Below, piece after piece: positions 23,717 through 35,891 of a stretch of DNA of 64,000 bases (the stretch's first letter is position 1; each line of letters starts with the position of its first letter). The DNA lies in contig CAVVEU010000014.1 of the NCBI GenBank assembly GCA_963747235.1, positions 96,001 to 160,000 on the forward strand, given 5' to 3'. A program made the position numbers and the translations under genes. This stretch comes from an uncultured Candidatus Rokubacteria bacterium (GTDB taxonomy: Bacteria > Methylomirabilota > Methylomirabilia > Rokubacteriales > CSP1-6). The notes below the pieces were generated by a model. The model was given only the letters and a program-made list of their open reading frames with translations, did no database searches and had not been told where the DNA came from.

Positions 23717-24729
23717 CGACGGCAGGTGGGACAACGGTCGATCCAGCGGGCGTGGGCGGCGCCGCACGTCGCGCAGCGATGCGGCCATTCGATGCGATCG
23801 CTCTCCCGGAGCGCGCGCCGATACTCCTCCATCGCGTCCCGGAACTGTCCGCGCCGCTCGAGGATCGCCCCGAGGTAGGCGTGGATGAGGGGCAGCTCGG
23901 GCGCGCGCACCTCCATCTTCTGGAACTGCTCCGCGGCCTCGTCGAGCATCGCGAGCTCGAAGTAGACGCGGCCCAGCCCGAAGGCCAGCGCCAGGTTGTC
24001 GGGCTGGCGGGCGAGTGCGTCCTGGTAGAGCGAGATCATCCGCGTGGGGCGGCCCTCGGCGCGGTGGAGCTGCTCGATCCGCGACAGCACCGGCAGGGCC
24101 GGCTGCGGGCCCTCGGCCGCCCGCTCCCAGACGCGCAGCGCCTCACGCGGCTCGCCCGCCTTGAGGTGCGCCTCGCCCAGGAGCAGGGCGGCGGGCACGA
24201 AGTCGGGCTGGGCGCGCAGCGCGTCCTTCAGGTGCGAGATCGCGCCGGCGCGGTCCTCCTTCGCGAGCCGCTCCCGGCCGATCTCGTAGTGCAGGCCGGC
24301 CAGCACGGTGCCCTCCGCCGCCCGCTCCTCTCGCGGGGCCGCCTGCACCACGCGCGCCTGGATCTCGAGCGCCTCGGCGAAGCGCCCGCGCTCGATCAGC
24401 GCATCGCGTCCCGCCTGGGCGGCCCCGGGACTCGCGGGCTCGCGCGGAGCGTCGGCCAGCCCGCGGACGGGAGGGACGGGCGCACCGCGCGGCGCCGCCT
24501 CGAACGGGTCGCGCCGCGCGTAGGAGCGCGTGACGTCGCGCAGGATGCCGAGCACCAGGGCCAGGCCCGCGCCCGCGCCGAACACGACCGCGATCAGCGC
24601 CATCAGGGGGATGTCGAAGGCCCAGTCGCCGCCCAGGGCGACGTGCGCGTGACTGGGATTGATGGACGTCAGGTAGGTGACGACAATGGCGAAGAGAAGG
24701 CCGACGACGAGCCCGAAACGGATCGACAC
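23695..24729 (-). CDS. LapA-like membrane domain fused to TPR and C-terminal rubredoxin-like domains (LapB-like)
   Basis: Two N-terminal TM helices, TPR repeats, CATC...CPTC. Confidence 0.7.
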
Positions 24730-24750
24730 GGACGGAATGGAGCGGCGGCG

Positions 24751-25116
24751 CTAACGGGCCGCGGTACGCTCTTCCTCTTCGATCGCGCGCTGGCACTCGA
24801 TGCAGTAGCGCGCGTCCGGCACCGCGTCCAGGCGCTTGTCGGCGATGGGCTCGCCGCAGCGCTCGCAGTCGCCGAACCCGCCCTCGGTGATCTTCTGCAG
24901 CGCGAGCGCGACTTCCTTCAGCCTCCGTCGCTCACCGTTGCCCAGCTCGAACAGGAACTCGCGATTGTAGGCGGAAGAGGCCTGGTCGCCCAGGTCCTTG
25001 ATCGAATCGTCTTCGGGGCCCTTCCCATAGAGGATGTTCCGGCCCACCTCCTCCTCGAGCTGGCGATGCTTCTCCTCCAGCTTCTTGCGGAGCTGAACCA
25101 AACGATCTTTCTTCAT
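24751..25116 (-). CDS. DksA/TraR C4 zinc-finger protein
   Basis: Coiled coil with DLGD, CERC...RLDAVPDARYCIEC. Confidence 0.88.
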   Translation of the reverse strand: MKKDRLVQLRKKLEEKHRQLEEEVGRNILYGKGPEDDSIKDLGDQASSAYNREFLFELGNGERRRLKEVALALQKITEGGFGDCERCGEPIADKRLDAVPDARYCIECQRAIEEEERTAAR

Positions 25117-25185
25117 CTCTGGCCTCCTGTCGCTTCACGCGGCGTCGCCGCTAGTCGCGCAGGCTACCATGGGGTCCCAGCCAAA

Positions 25186-25554
25186 TCAATCCCGGGCGCC
25201 CGCTCCCTCGACCGAAACGAGCGGCGCGTCACCCCACAGCCGCTCCAGCGAGTAGAAGCCGCGCGTCTCCTCGAGGAACACGTGCACCACCACGTCTCCG
25301 TAGTCGAGCAGGAGCCAGCCGCTCTCCGCGCTGCCCTCGTTGTGGCGCGGCCGCACACCCTCGGCGCGCAGCGCGCCGCGGACCGCGTCCGCGATCGTGT
25401 CGGCCTGGGGGGTGGACCGGGCGCTGCAGACGAGGAAGAAGTCGGCCACGCTCGACAGCCCCTCCAGATTCAGCACCACCAGATCGATCGCCTTCTTCTC
25501 CAGGGCCGCGCGGGCGGCCACGCGCACGACGGCGTCGGCGGACAGGATGGCCAT
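25186..25554 (-). CDS. rsfS: Ribosome silencing factor
   Basis: WLLLDYGDVVVHVF..R.FYSLERLWGDA. Confidence 0.95.
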   Translation of the reverse strand: MAILSADAVVRVAARAALEKKAIDLVVLNLEGLSSVADFFLVCSARSTPQADTIADAVRGALRAEGVRPRHNEGSAESGWLLLDYGDVVVHVFLEETRGFYSLERLWGDAPLVSVEGAGARD

Positions 25555-26201
25555 CAGGCCTCCGGGCGGTAGAGCCGCTGGTCTCGGATGTAGGACACCA
25601 CCGCCTCGGGCATGCGGAAGGCGAGGCTCCGGCCCTCGCGGGCGCGCCGGCGCAGGTCCGAGCCCGAGATGGGCAGGGACGCCGCGTGCAGCAGGATCGG
25701 CGCGGGGTCGTCCGACAGCTCGGCCCCCGCGGGCACGAAGCCGGCCAGGCCCAGCTCCCGCATCACCTTGAGCGCGGCGGGGGTCTCGGGGTCGAATCCC
25801 ATCCCATTGCGCGGAATCACCACCAGGCGCGCGAGGGCCGCGACGCGCCGCGGCTCGCGCCAGCTCAGCAGGTCCAGGAACGTCTCGGATCCGATGACGA
25901 GGTGCAGCCGCCCCCGATCCTGCAGCGCGGCCAGGGTGTCCACCGTGTAGGACGGGCCGCTCCGCCTGATCTCGACGTCGGAGACCTCGAAGCGCGGGTG
26001 CTCGCGGACCGCGAGCGCGGTCATCCGGTAACGATGGGCGGCGGGCGCCAGCTCGGCCGCCGGCTTGTGAGGCGGCTGCGCCGCCGGCACCAGCAGCAGG
26101 CGATCGAGGCGAAGGGCTTCGCAGACCTCGTCGGCCACGAGGAGGTGGCCGAAATGGATCGGGTTGAACGATCCCCCGAAGACGCCGACGCGCGGCTGCA
26201 G
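25554..26201 (-). CDS. nadD: Nicotinate-nucleotide adenylyltransferase (likely CTG start)
   Basis: Frame extends upstream of the listed ORF to RVGVFGGSFNPIHFGH; PPHK, SYTVDTL. Confidence 0.9.
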   Translation of the reverse strand: MQPRVGVFGGSFNPIHFGHLLVADEVCEALRLDRLLLVPAAQPPHKPAAELAPAAHRYRMTALAVREHPRFEVSDVEIRRSGPSYTVDTLAALQDRGRLHLVIGSETFLDLLSWREPRRVAALARLVVIPRNGMGFDPETPAALKVMRELGLAGFVPAGAELSDDPAPILLHAASLPISGSDLRRRAREGRSLAFRMPEAVVSYIRDQRLYRPEA

Positions 26202-26205
26202 GCGG

Positions 26206-27462
26206 CTACTCCCGGATATGCCCGTCGCCCCAGACCACGAACTTGGTGGTCGTCAGCTCGCGCACCCCGACCGGGCCCCGGGCGTGAACGCGGGACGTGG
26301 AGATGCCCATCTCGGCGCCCATCCCGAACTGGCTGCCGTCCACGAGCCGCGTCGACGCGTTGACGAGGACCGCCGCCGCATCCACCTCCTGGGTGAAGCG
26401 CCGGGCGCGCCGCAGGTCGCGCGTCACGATCGACTCGGCCAGCCCCGAGCCGTGCCGCCGGATGTGGGCGACCGCGTCCTCGAAGCTCTCGACCACCCGA
26501 ACCGCCAGGATGTAGTCGAGATACTCCGTGTCCCAGTCCGCGGGCTCGGCCGCGCGGGCGCCCGGCATCAGGGCGCGGGCCCGCTCATCCGCGCGCGTCT
26601 CCACGCCCGCCTCCGCGAGCCGGGCGGCCAGCCGCGGGAGGAAGGCGGGCGCGACGGCCGCGTGCACCAGCAGCGTCTCGAGCGAGTTGCAGACGCTGAC
26701 CCGCTGGGCCTTGGCGTTGACCGCCACCGCCACCGCCATGTCGAGATCCGCACCCTCGTCCACGTACAGGTGGCAGAGCCCCTTGTCGTGCTTGAGCACC
26801 GGGACCGTCGAGCGCTCCGCCACGAGCCGCACGAACTCCTCGCCCCCGCGCGGGATGATGAGGTCGAGGTAGCGGTCCAGCGTGAGCATCGCGAGCACCG
26901 CGGCACGGTCCGCCGTCTCCACCGCCTGGATGATCTCGGGGGGCAGGCCCGCCTTCTCGGCGGCCCGGGCCAGGATCTGGGCCAGCATGGTGTTGGACTC
27001 CAGCGCCTCGCTCCCGCCACGCAGCAACACCGCGTTGCCCGACTTGAGACAGAGGCCGGCCGCGTCCGCGGTCACGTTCGGTCGCGACTCGTAGATGAAG
27101 CCGATGACGCCCAGGGGGACGCGCACGCGCGCGATCTCGAGCCCGGAGGGCCGGCGCGAGGTCTCGACGGTCTCGCCCACCGGATCGGGGAGGCCGGCCA
27201 CGTGGCGCAGGCCCGCCGCCATCTCCTCGATGCGGCTCTCGGTGAGCGTGAGGCGATCCACGAAGGCGCGCGGGTGGCCCGCGGTGCGGGCGCGCTCCAG
27301 ATCCTGCCGGTTGGCCTCGAGGATCGCGCCCGACTTCTCCTCGAGCCCACGCGCCATCTGGGCGAGGGCCTCGTTCTTGGTCCGGCTCGGAGCCAGCGCG
27401 AGCACGCGCGCCGCCTCCTTGGCCGCCCGCGCCTTCGCCTCGACATGTGCCGCCGCGTCCAT
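26206..27462 (-). CDS. proA: Gamma-glutamyl phosphate reductase
   Basis: IYESRPNVT, IIPRGG, VCNSLE, GAEMGIST..HARGP. Confidence 0.96.
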   Translation of the reverse strand: MDAAAHVEAKARAAKEAARVLALAPSRTKNEALAQMARGLEEKSGAILEANRQDLERARTAGHPRAFVDRLTLTESRIEEMAAGLRHVAGLPDPVGETVETSRRPSGLEIARVRVPLGVIGFIYESRPNVTADAAGLCLKSGNAVLLRGGSEALESNTMLAQILARAAEKAGLPPEIIQAVETADRAAVLAMLTLDRYLDLIIPRGGEEFVRLVAERSTVPVLKHDKGLCHLYVDEGADLDMAVAVAVNAKAQRVSVCNSLETLLVHAAVAPAFLPRLAARLAEAGVETRADERARALMPGARAAEPADWDTEYLDYILAVRVVESFEDAVAHIRRHGSGLAESIVTRDLRRARRFTQEVDAAAVLVNASTRLVDGSQFGMGAEMGISTSRVHARGPVGVRELTTTKFVVWGDGHIRE

Positions 27463-27485
27463 GCTTGCCCCTCTCCTCGCTTCCA

Positions 27486-29641
<2,156 letters not shown>

Positions 29642-29902
29642 TCAGGCGGTCTGCTGCTGGGCGATGCTGATGTACTTGTCGTCGCCCTTGCGCTCGAACT
29701 TCACGTAGCCGTCGGCCTTGGCGAACAGCGTGTGGTCCACGCCCAGGCCCACGTTGGTGCCCGGCTTGAAGCGGGTCCCGCGCTGGCGGACGAGGATGCT
29801 GCCGGCGGTGACGAACTGCCCGCCGAAGCGCTTCACCCCCAGCATCTGGGGATTGGAGTCGCGACCGTTTCTCGAGCTGCCGACACCCTTCTTGTGCGCC
29901 AT
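29642..29902 (-). CDS. rpmA: 50S ribosomal protein L27
   Basis: [16 protein letters not shown]. Confidence 0.98.
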   Translation of the reverse strand: MAHKKGVGSSRNGRDSNPQMLGVKRFGGQFVTAGSILVRQRGTRFKPGTNVGLGVDHTLFAKADGYVKFERKGDDKYISIAQQQTA

Positions 29903-29905
29903 GGC

Positions 29906-30217
29906 CTAGACCTCGATCTTGGTGATGCGCACCGCGGTCATGGTCTGCCGATGCCCGCGGTGACGCCGGTAGTTCTTCCGCCGCTTGAACTTCACGACCA
30001 GGACCTTGGCGCCCCGACGCTCGGCCACCACCTCGCCGGTCACCTTGGCGGAGGCGAGAGCCTTCGAGTCGATCGTCACCTGCCCGTCCTGGTTGACCAG
30101 GAGGACCTCGGTGAACTCCACCGCGGCGCCCTTGTCCTTGCCCAGCCGCTCGACCCGGATGACCTGCCCCGGAGCGACGCGATACTGCTTGCCCCCTGTC
30201 GCGATCACCGCTTCCAT
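29906..30217 (-). CDS. rplU: 50S ribosomal protein L21
   Basis: [22 protein letters not shown]. Confidence 0.98.
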   Translation of the reverse strand: MEAVIATGGKQYRVAPGQVIRVERLGKDKGAAVEFTEVLLVNQDGQVTIDSKALASAKVTGEVVAERRGAKVLVVKFKRRKNYRRHRGHRQTMTAVRITKIEV

Positions 30218-30328
30218 GCCGACGACCTTTCCATTTCGAGAGACCAGTTTGTGAATGCCGCCCGTGGGAGCGACTATCTGACCACAAGCTCCGGCCGAAA
30301 GTCAAGCCGGACGGGGCTTTAGGCGCCC

Positions 30329-30970
30329 TCAGGCCGTCTTCATGTAGTCGCCCAGCTTCTGGCGGAGGAACAGCCGCGAGCGGTGCACGCGCGACTTCAC
30401 GGCGGGCAGGCTGATGTGCAGCGTCTCGGCGATCTCCGGGTTGGAGAGCCCCTCCACGTCGTGCAGCAGGAACGCGGTCCGGTAGTCTCCCGGCAGATCG
30501 TCGATGGCGGTGGTCAGCAGCTTGCGCAGCTCGGTCTGGAGCGCCGGCTCCTCGGTGCGCCCCGACCAGTCGCGGACCGGCTCCGCGTGCTGGCCGAGCT
30601 CGTCGAAGCCGGGCGTGAGCGCGTCCCAGGAGATCTCGTTGCGCTGGCCATGCCGGCTGCGGAGCTTCTGGTACGCCGCGTTGGCGGTGATGCGGTAGAC
30701 CCAGCTCCCGAAGGCGGACTCGCCCTTGAAGGTGTCGATCTTGCGGGCGGCCGTCCAGAGCGCGTCCTGCACCACTTCCTCCGCGTCCTGCTCGTTGCTC
30801 GTGATGCGGATGGCCAGCCGGTAGACCCGGTCGCCGTAGGTGGCGATCAGCTCTTCCGGCGCGCCGGGCTCCTGCGCGCGCAGGCGCGCCACCAGCTCGG
30901 CGTCCCGATCCACCTTCTTCGGGCCTCCCGCGGTGTCCTGATGTCCGTTCGGTGCGTGCAGCGTCGTCAT
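30329..30970 (-). CDS. ECF sigma-70 factor
   Basis: DAEEVVQD, FKGESAFGSWVYRI, EIAETL...VKSRVHRSR. Confidence 0.92.
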   Translation of the reverse strand: MTTLHAPNGHQDTAGGPKKVDRDAELVARLRAQEPGAPEELIATYGDRVYRLAIRITSNEQDAEEVVQDALWTAARKIDTFKGESAFGSWVYRITANAAYQKLRSRHGQRNEISWDALTPGFDELGQHAEPVRDWSGRTEEPALQTELRKLLTTAIDDLPGDYRTAFLLHDVEGLSNPEIAETLHISLPAVKSRVHRSRLFLRQKLGDYMKTA

Positions 30971-31623
30971 GCTCGGTTCCTGTAGAGCGTGAGGTGCGCC
31001 TTCAGCTCCTCGACGCATCGTTCGATGACCGTGATGTCCCGGGTGACCTTGCCCAGGAGAATGGCGCCCTCGAGTCCGCCCACGAGGAACTGGGCCACCC
31101 GCGCGGCGTCCGCGTCCGCGCGAAGCCGGCCGCTCCGCTGGCCGCGCCGGATCGCCTCCGCGAGATGGTCGCGGTAGACGTCGAAGATGCCGGCGAGCTG
31201 CTGGCGGAAGCCCTCGTGCACGTCCGAGAGCTCGGACGCGAGATTGCCCATCGCGCAGCCGCCCACGCAGTTGCGCTGCCGCTGCGAGTCGAGCACGCGA
31301 TCGAAGAAGGCGTGGAGCTGGTCGACCGGATCGGCATCCGTGTCCGCGAAGGCGGGCCCGAGGCCCCGCTCGACAAAGGCGCGCCTGATCCGATCGATGA
31401 TCGCGTAGCCGAGGTCTTCCTTGCTCTTGAAGTAGTAGTAGAAGTTGCCCTTGCCGACCCCGCTCTCGCGCAGCACGTCGTCGAGCGAGGTGGACTGGTA
31501 GCCCTGCACGTGGATGAGACGGGACGCCGCGTTGAGGATCTGATCGCGCGTCGCGGCGCCCTTTTGGCTCTTGGTCTCGGGCTGGGCCTTGGTCTCGCTG
31601 ACTACCACGCTCTCGCTCGCCAT
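30967..31623 (-). CDS. TetR family regulator (NemR/LmrA-like)
   Basis: HTH GVGKGNFYYYFKSKEDL; GGCAMGNLASELS. Confidence 0.92.
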   Translation of the reverse strand: MASESVVVSETKAQPETKSQKGAATRDQILNAASRLIHVQGYQSTSLDDVLRESGVGKGNFYYYFKSKEDLGYAIIDRIRRAFVERGLGPAFADTDADPVDQLHAFFDRVLDSQRQRNCVGGCAMGNLASELSDVHEGFRQQLAGIFDVYRDHLAEAIRRGQRSGRLRADADAARVAQFLVGGLEGAILLGKVTRDITVIERCVEELKAHLTLYRNRA

Positions 31624-31645
31624 CGTCTCGCTCCTGTTTGGGCAA

Positions 31646-31694
31646 TACCGACCAGTCGGTACAGAATAGTAGCGGGCGAGACCCGCCTTGTCAA
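31646..31694 (-). promoter_or_regulatory. Sigma-70 promoter with palindromic TetR operator
   Basis: TTGACA-17-TACTAT (31694-31666); palindrome TACCGAC-CA-GTCGGTA at 31646-31661. Confidence 0.75.
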
Positions 31695-31734
31695 AGAATG
31701 TATCCAGTTGTTCAGAATTAGACAGTGCTACCAG

Positions 31735-32628
31735 CTACTTACAGTCCGGCAGGGACAGCAGCTTGAGCAGGTCGGCGGTCAGGTCGTAGAGCTGAGCGCA
31801 ACCCGAGCTCCCCCCGAGCGAGGTCTGGATCCGCTTGCGGAGCAGCGCGTCAGCCGGCTGGTCGAGCAGCGACCGGATCTTGCCCTGGGGCTCGCTGCAG
31901 ATTCCCGCGTAGGGCAGCCGCGAGGTGACCGAGTCGGCGGCCACCACGGTGCCCCGGTCCAGGTCGAGCTCGTAGTGCAGGTCGAAGCCGTGCACGTTGT
32001 CGTGCATCGAGTGGAAGAGATGGAGGCGCCGGCCGGTGAGCACCAGCCGCGCGACCTTCTTCCTCGTGAAGACCTTCCGGGCCCCGGGGGGTGGGCTGTA
32101 GAGCGCGGCCACCATCGGGGTGGTGACCGGCCGGATCCCGAAGAGGGCATGCCCGGCGTCGCTGTACGTGAAGCAGGAGTCGGGGAGGTCCGCCCAGCCC
32201 GTCGTGTCGAGCCGCCAGCACGCGAGCGCGTCCCCCGGGTCGAGCCCCTTGGTGGTGGCCACGGGCAGCTTGGTGACCTGGCGGGCCAGCCGGGCCACCT
32301 CGATGCCCGCGTCGACGAACAGGCCCGCGCCCGATCGGCTCCCGCAGAGCTCGGCCAGGCGCTTGGTGAATCCGCCCACCATCCGCGTGCCGGCCAGCCC
32401 CGGAAAATCCGCCGCGATGGCCGCGTCGGCCCCCACCAGCGCGCGGGCGCTCGCGGCCTGGACCTCGTACCCGGGCGACGGGGTCGCGACCAGGCTGACC
32501 TCGACCGCGCGGTCCGGGTCGGTGATCCGCACGGTGTGGGTGAACGCCGCGTCGTGGGTGTTGTCCACCCACCCCTCCATCACCCGCTCGTAGCGGTCGC
32601 GGCCGATGAGGAAGGGCGACCCGATCAC
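31735..32628 (-). CDS. DUF2889-like protein
   Basis: HSMHDNVHGF, LPYAGIC, LGGSSGCAQLYDL. Confidence 0.6.
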   Translation of the reverse strand: MIGSPFLIGRDRYERVMEGWVDNTHDAAFTHTVRITDPDRAVEVSLVATPSPGYEVQAASARALVGADAAIAADFPGLAGTRMVGGFTKRLAELCGSRSGAGLFVDAGIEVARLARQVTKLPVATTKGLDPGDALACWRLDTTGWADLPDSCFTYSDAGHALFGIRPVTTPMVAALYSPPPGARKVFTRKKVARLVLTGRRLHLFHSMHDNVHGFDLHYELDLDRGTVVAADSVTSRLPYAGICSEPQGKIRSLLDQPADALLRKRIQTSLGGSSGCAQLYDLTADLLKLLSLPDCK

Positions 32629-32777
32629 TTGCGGAGATATTTCCCGGGATCGGCGTCGAACCTGGTCTTGCAGCCGACCGCGCAGAAGTAATAGGTCTGC
32701 CCCTGGTACTGCGACTGCGCGGCCGCGTGCTTCGGCTCCACGTCCATCTGACACACCGGATCCTTGGCCATCGTCAT
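32625..32777 (-). CDS. YHS domain protein (not in ORF track)
   Basis: MTMAKDPVCQMDV...YQGQTYYFCAVGCKTRFDADPGKY. Confidence 0.9.
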   Translation of the reverse strand: MTMAKDPVCQMDVEPKHAAAQSQYQGQTYYFCAVGCKTRFDADPGKYLRK

Positions 32778-32822
32778 CGCTCCTTTCGACAGGTCTGGGT
32801 GACGGGATCGAGCATACCGCTC

Positions 32823-33101
32823 CTAGCGTCCGGAGAACCGCGAGAAGACGTCGAGCAGCTCGTCCATCTTCCGCTGGCGATCGCGCGTGCTCGGCGCGCG
32901 AACCGCCTCCGCGACGCACGCCTCGAGGTGCTGGCCCAGCAGGAGCTTCTGCACCTGCTCGACCGCCCCCTGGACCGCGGCGAGCTGCAGGAGGATGTCC
33001 ACGCAGGACTTGTCCTCCTCGACCATGCGCTGGATCCCCTGCACCTGGCCTTCGATCCGGCGCAGCCGGCCCAGCGCCTTCGTCGTCGTCTGGCTCTCCA
33101 T
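32823..33101 (-). CDS. CsoR/RcnR family metal-sensing repressor
   Basis: RLRRIEGQVQGIQRMVE...C.DILLQ...HLEAC. Confidence 0.92.
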   Translation of the reverse strand: MESQTTTKALGRLRRIEGQVQGIQRMVEEDKSCVDILLQLAAVQGAVEQVQKLLLGQHLEACVAEAVRAPSTRDRQRKMDELLDVFSRFSGR

Positions 33102-33111
33102 CGTCGTGTCC

Positions 33112-33879
33112 TCAGGCCGGCCGGCGGTGCCGGAGCATGCGCAGCACCCAGTACCCCGCGAGCGCGGCCAGCAGATGTTTGAGCGTGTGCCCGCTGACCA
33201 CGCGGGTCGCCGAGAGAATCCACCCGTCCAGGAGCTCCGGCACCTTGGCCGCCGCGTAGGTCACCGCGGCGGCCAGGAGCTCGCCCCCGCGCGTATAGCG
33301 GGGCGGCAGCCACCACAGCATGAGCGGGATCGCGACGACCGGATAGAACTGGACCAGGGCGTAGAGCCGCAGATCGCCCGTGCCCCGCTGCTCGGTCCAG
33401 TGCCAGTAGATGACGGAGCCCACCGCGATCACGATGAGGGGGCCCAGCAGCCACAAGCCCACCCTCACCCCGATCCGCTCCGCGATGGTGGCGGCCAGGA
33501 GACCCATCAGGGTGATCGCCAGCGGCAGCCGGTCCCAGGCCAGCCGGGCGTTGCCCGGCTCCCAGTGATAGTACGCAGAACCGAATCCGGTCAGCAGCAG
33601 GCCGCCGAAGAAGACCGCGTACGGCCACCGCTCGCCCGGCTCCCGGAAGGCGCAGCCTCCGCCCCCGCCGCCCGCCACGAAGGCCAGACCCAGCGCGCCG
33701 ACCAGGAGAAACCCGGCATTGGACAGCACGTTCAGGACATTTGGGATGCCGAGCCACGGGCGGGAGTCCGCCAGGCGGTGGTACGCGGGATCTTGGGGAA
33801 TCGGCGGGACCAGCAGGAAGGCCGCGGCGGCCAGCACCGCGAGCCCCCCGATCAGCCCGATCGCGCTCCGCCGTCCCAT
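33112..33879 (-). CDS. Ceramidase-like (CREST) membrane hydrolase
   Basis: PQDPAYH, NVLSN, GSAYYH, WDRLP, SGHTLKH. Confidence 0.75.
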   Translation of the reverse strand: MGRRSAIGLIGGLAVLAAAAFLLVPPIPQDPAYHRLADSRPWLGIPNVLNVLSNAGFLLVGALGLAFVAGGGGGGCAFREPGERWPYAVFFGGLLLTGFGSAYYHWEPGNARLAWDRLPLAITLMGLLAATIAERIGVRVGLWLLGPLIVIAVGSVIYWHWTEQRGTGDLRLYALVQFYPVVAIPLMLWWLPPRYTRGGELLAAAVTYAAAKVPELLDGWILSATRVVSGHTLKHLLAALAGYWVLRMLRHRRPA

Positions 33880-33943
33880 CCGGCTTCCCAGCTTATACCC
33901 TACCCGGGTAGGTGCAGGCGAGCCGAGATCGGCCCGGGCGCGG

Positions 33944-34297
33944 TCAGAGCTCGGGGAAGAGAGACGGCTGAGCGGTGGCGGCCGCGGGGCGCGGGCGGCG
34001 GACGCCGGCGCGGCGCTCGGCGCCCCGCTTGGGCTTCGGTTTGCGCGGCTCGCGCGGCAGCTTCACCCACCCCTTCTGGTGCGCGATCTTGTCGCCCTGC
34101 TTGATCACGGTCAGGTCCACGAGGCGCGCCAGGGGATGCGTCAGGAGCTGCATGTACTTCTGCCAGTACCGGGGCGAGTACGCCCACGTCTTCATCTGGT
34201 CCACCGCGAGGGTCAGCGCGGCGCGGTCCCCCTTCGTGGCGGCGAGCCGGAGCTGTCCGACGATGACGCCGCGGCTGATACGCGAGGGTCGAGTCAC
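33944..34297 (-). CDS. Hypothetical protein
   Basis: Co-oriented ORF starting 3 nt after the rng stop; plausible composition. Confidence 0.6.
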   Translation of the reverse strand: MTRPSRISRGVIVGQLRLAATKGDRAALTLAVDQMKTWAYSPRYWQKYMQLLTHPLARLVDLTVIKQGDKIAHQKGWVKLPREPRKPKPKRGAERRAGVRRPRPAAATAQPSLFPEL

Positions 34298-34300
34298 GGG

Positions 34301-35845
34301 CTACTTGACGGTCAGCTCGTACTGCTCGCGATGATAGGACCCCATCGCCTGGATCACGATCTTCCGCCCGATCAGGGCCTGCAGCTTCTCGAGGCCCTCC
34401 CGCTGGCTCGACTCGAGGTGATGGGCCATCTCGGGGTGGACGCGGATCACCACGTCCCGCCCGACGCCCTCCTTGTGCTGCGCCTGGATCTTGCGGAAGA
34501 TCTCGGCGGACAGGGTCACGTCCGACTTGACCACGCCGCTGCCCTTGCAGGTCGGACACGGGGCGCAGAAGAGCGACTGCAGGCTCTGCCGGACCCGCTT
34601 GCGGGTCATCTCGACCAGGCCGAGCTCCGAGATCTCGAGCACGTTGGTGCGGGCCTTGTCGTCGGCGAGCGCGTGCGTGAGCGCCTTGAACACCTGGTCG
34701 CGGTGCTCGGCCCGTTCCATGTCGATGAGGTCGATGATGATGATCCCGCCAAGGTCCCGCAATCGGATCTGGCGCACCACCTCGGTGGCCGCTTCCAGGT
34801 TGATCTTGAGCACCGTCTCCTCGAAGTCGCGCTTGCCCACGTACTTGCCGGTGTTGACGTCGATGGCGACCAGGGCCTCGGTGTGGTCGATGACGATGTA
34901 GCCGCCCGACTTGAGCCAGACCCGACGCCGGAGCGCCTTCTCGATCTCGCGCTCGATGCCGGTGGCCTCGAAGATCGGCTGGTCCTTGTCCCACTGCTTG
35001 ACCCGGTCGGCGAGCTGGGGCACGAGCTGGCTGGCGAACTCGAGGCACTTCTCGTAGGCGGCGGGGCTGTCGACCAGGAATTCCTCGATCTCGGGGGAGA
35101 AGAGGTCGCGCACCACCCGGAACGTGACGTCCATCTCCGCGTGGAGCACGGACGGGGCCTTGGCCGACTCGAACCGCGTGAGAACCTGGGCCCAGAGCCG
35201 GCTCAGGAACTGGATGTCGGCGGCGAGCTCCTCCTCACCCTTGCCCTCCGCGACGGTCCGGACGATGAATCCTCCCGTCTGCGCGGGCAACCCCTTGACG
35301 ATGGCGCGAAGCCGATCCCGCTCGGCATCGTCGTGGATCCGGCGCGACACCCCGACGTGGTGCGACTGGGGCATCAAGACGATCGAGCGGCCCGGGATGG
35401 ACACGAAGGAGGTCACCCGCGCCCCCTTGGTGCCGAGCGGCTCCTTCGAGACCTGCACCAGAACCTCCTGGCCCTTGCGCAGCATCTCCTCGATGGGCGC
35501 GACCGCCTGCCGGCGCGGCTCGACCTCCCCGTCGCCGTCCGCCTCGCCCTCGTCCACCACGTCGGCGGACTCCTCCTCCACGGGCGGCGCGGCCTGGTCG
35601 TCCGCGCTGAGCTTGGCGGTGTAGTCGCCCGCGTAGAGAAAGGCGTCCTTGGCGAGCCCGATGTCGACGAACGCGGCCTGCATGCCGGGCAGCACGTTGG
35701 TGACCACGCCCTTGTAGATGTTCCCGACGATGGAGCGCCGGTCGGCGCGCTCGATGTACAGCTCGGTGAGGAGATTTCCATCCTGGACGGCGAGACGAGT
35801 TTCCGTCACACCGGCGTTGACGACGATGCGCTTTCCCACGGCCAA
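34301..35845 (-). CDS. rng: Ribonuclease G (Rne/Rng family)
   Basis: GNIYKG...PGMQAAFVDIG, AIDVNTG, RLRDLGGIIIID. Confidence 0.93.
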   Translation of the reverse strand: MAVGKRIVVNAGVTETRLAVQDGNLLTELYIERADRRSIVGNIYKGVVTNVLPGMQAAFVDIGLAKDAFLYAGDYTAKLSADDQAAPPVEEESADVVDEGEADGDGEVEPRRQAVAPIEEMLRKGQEVLVQVSKEPLGTKGARVTSFVSIPGRSIVLMPQSHHVGVSRRIHDDAERDRLRAIVKGLPAQTGGFIVRTVAEGKGEEELAADIQFLSRLWAQVLTRFESAKAPSVLHAEMDVTFRVVRDLFSPEIEEFLVDSPAAYEKCLEFASQLVPQLADRVKQWDKDQPIFEATGIEREIEKALRRRVWLKSGGYIVIDHTEALVAIDVNTGKYVGKRDFEETVLKINLEAATEVVRQIRLRDLGGIIIIDLIDMERAEHRDQVFKALTHALADDKARTNVLEISELGLVEMTRKRVRQSLQSLFCAPCPTCKGSGVVKSDVTLSAEIFRKIQAQHKEGVGRDVVIRVHPEMAHHLESSQREGLEKLQALIGRKIVIQAMGSYHREQYELTVK

Positions 35846-35891
35846 CCTCGATCCGGGGTCCCGGCGGGGGACCCGGCCAGCAATAATGCGG

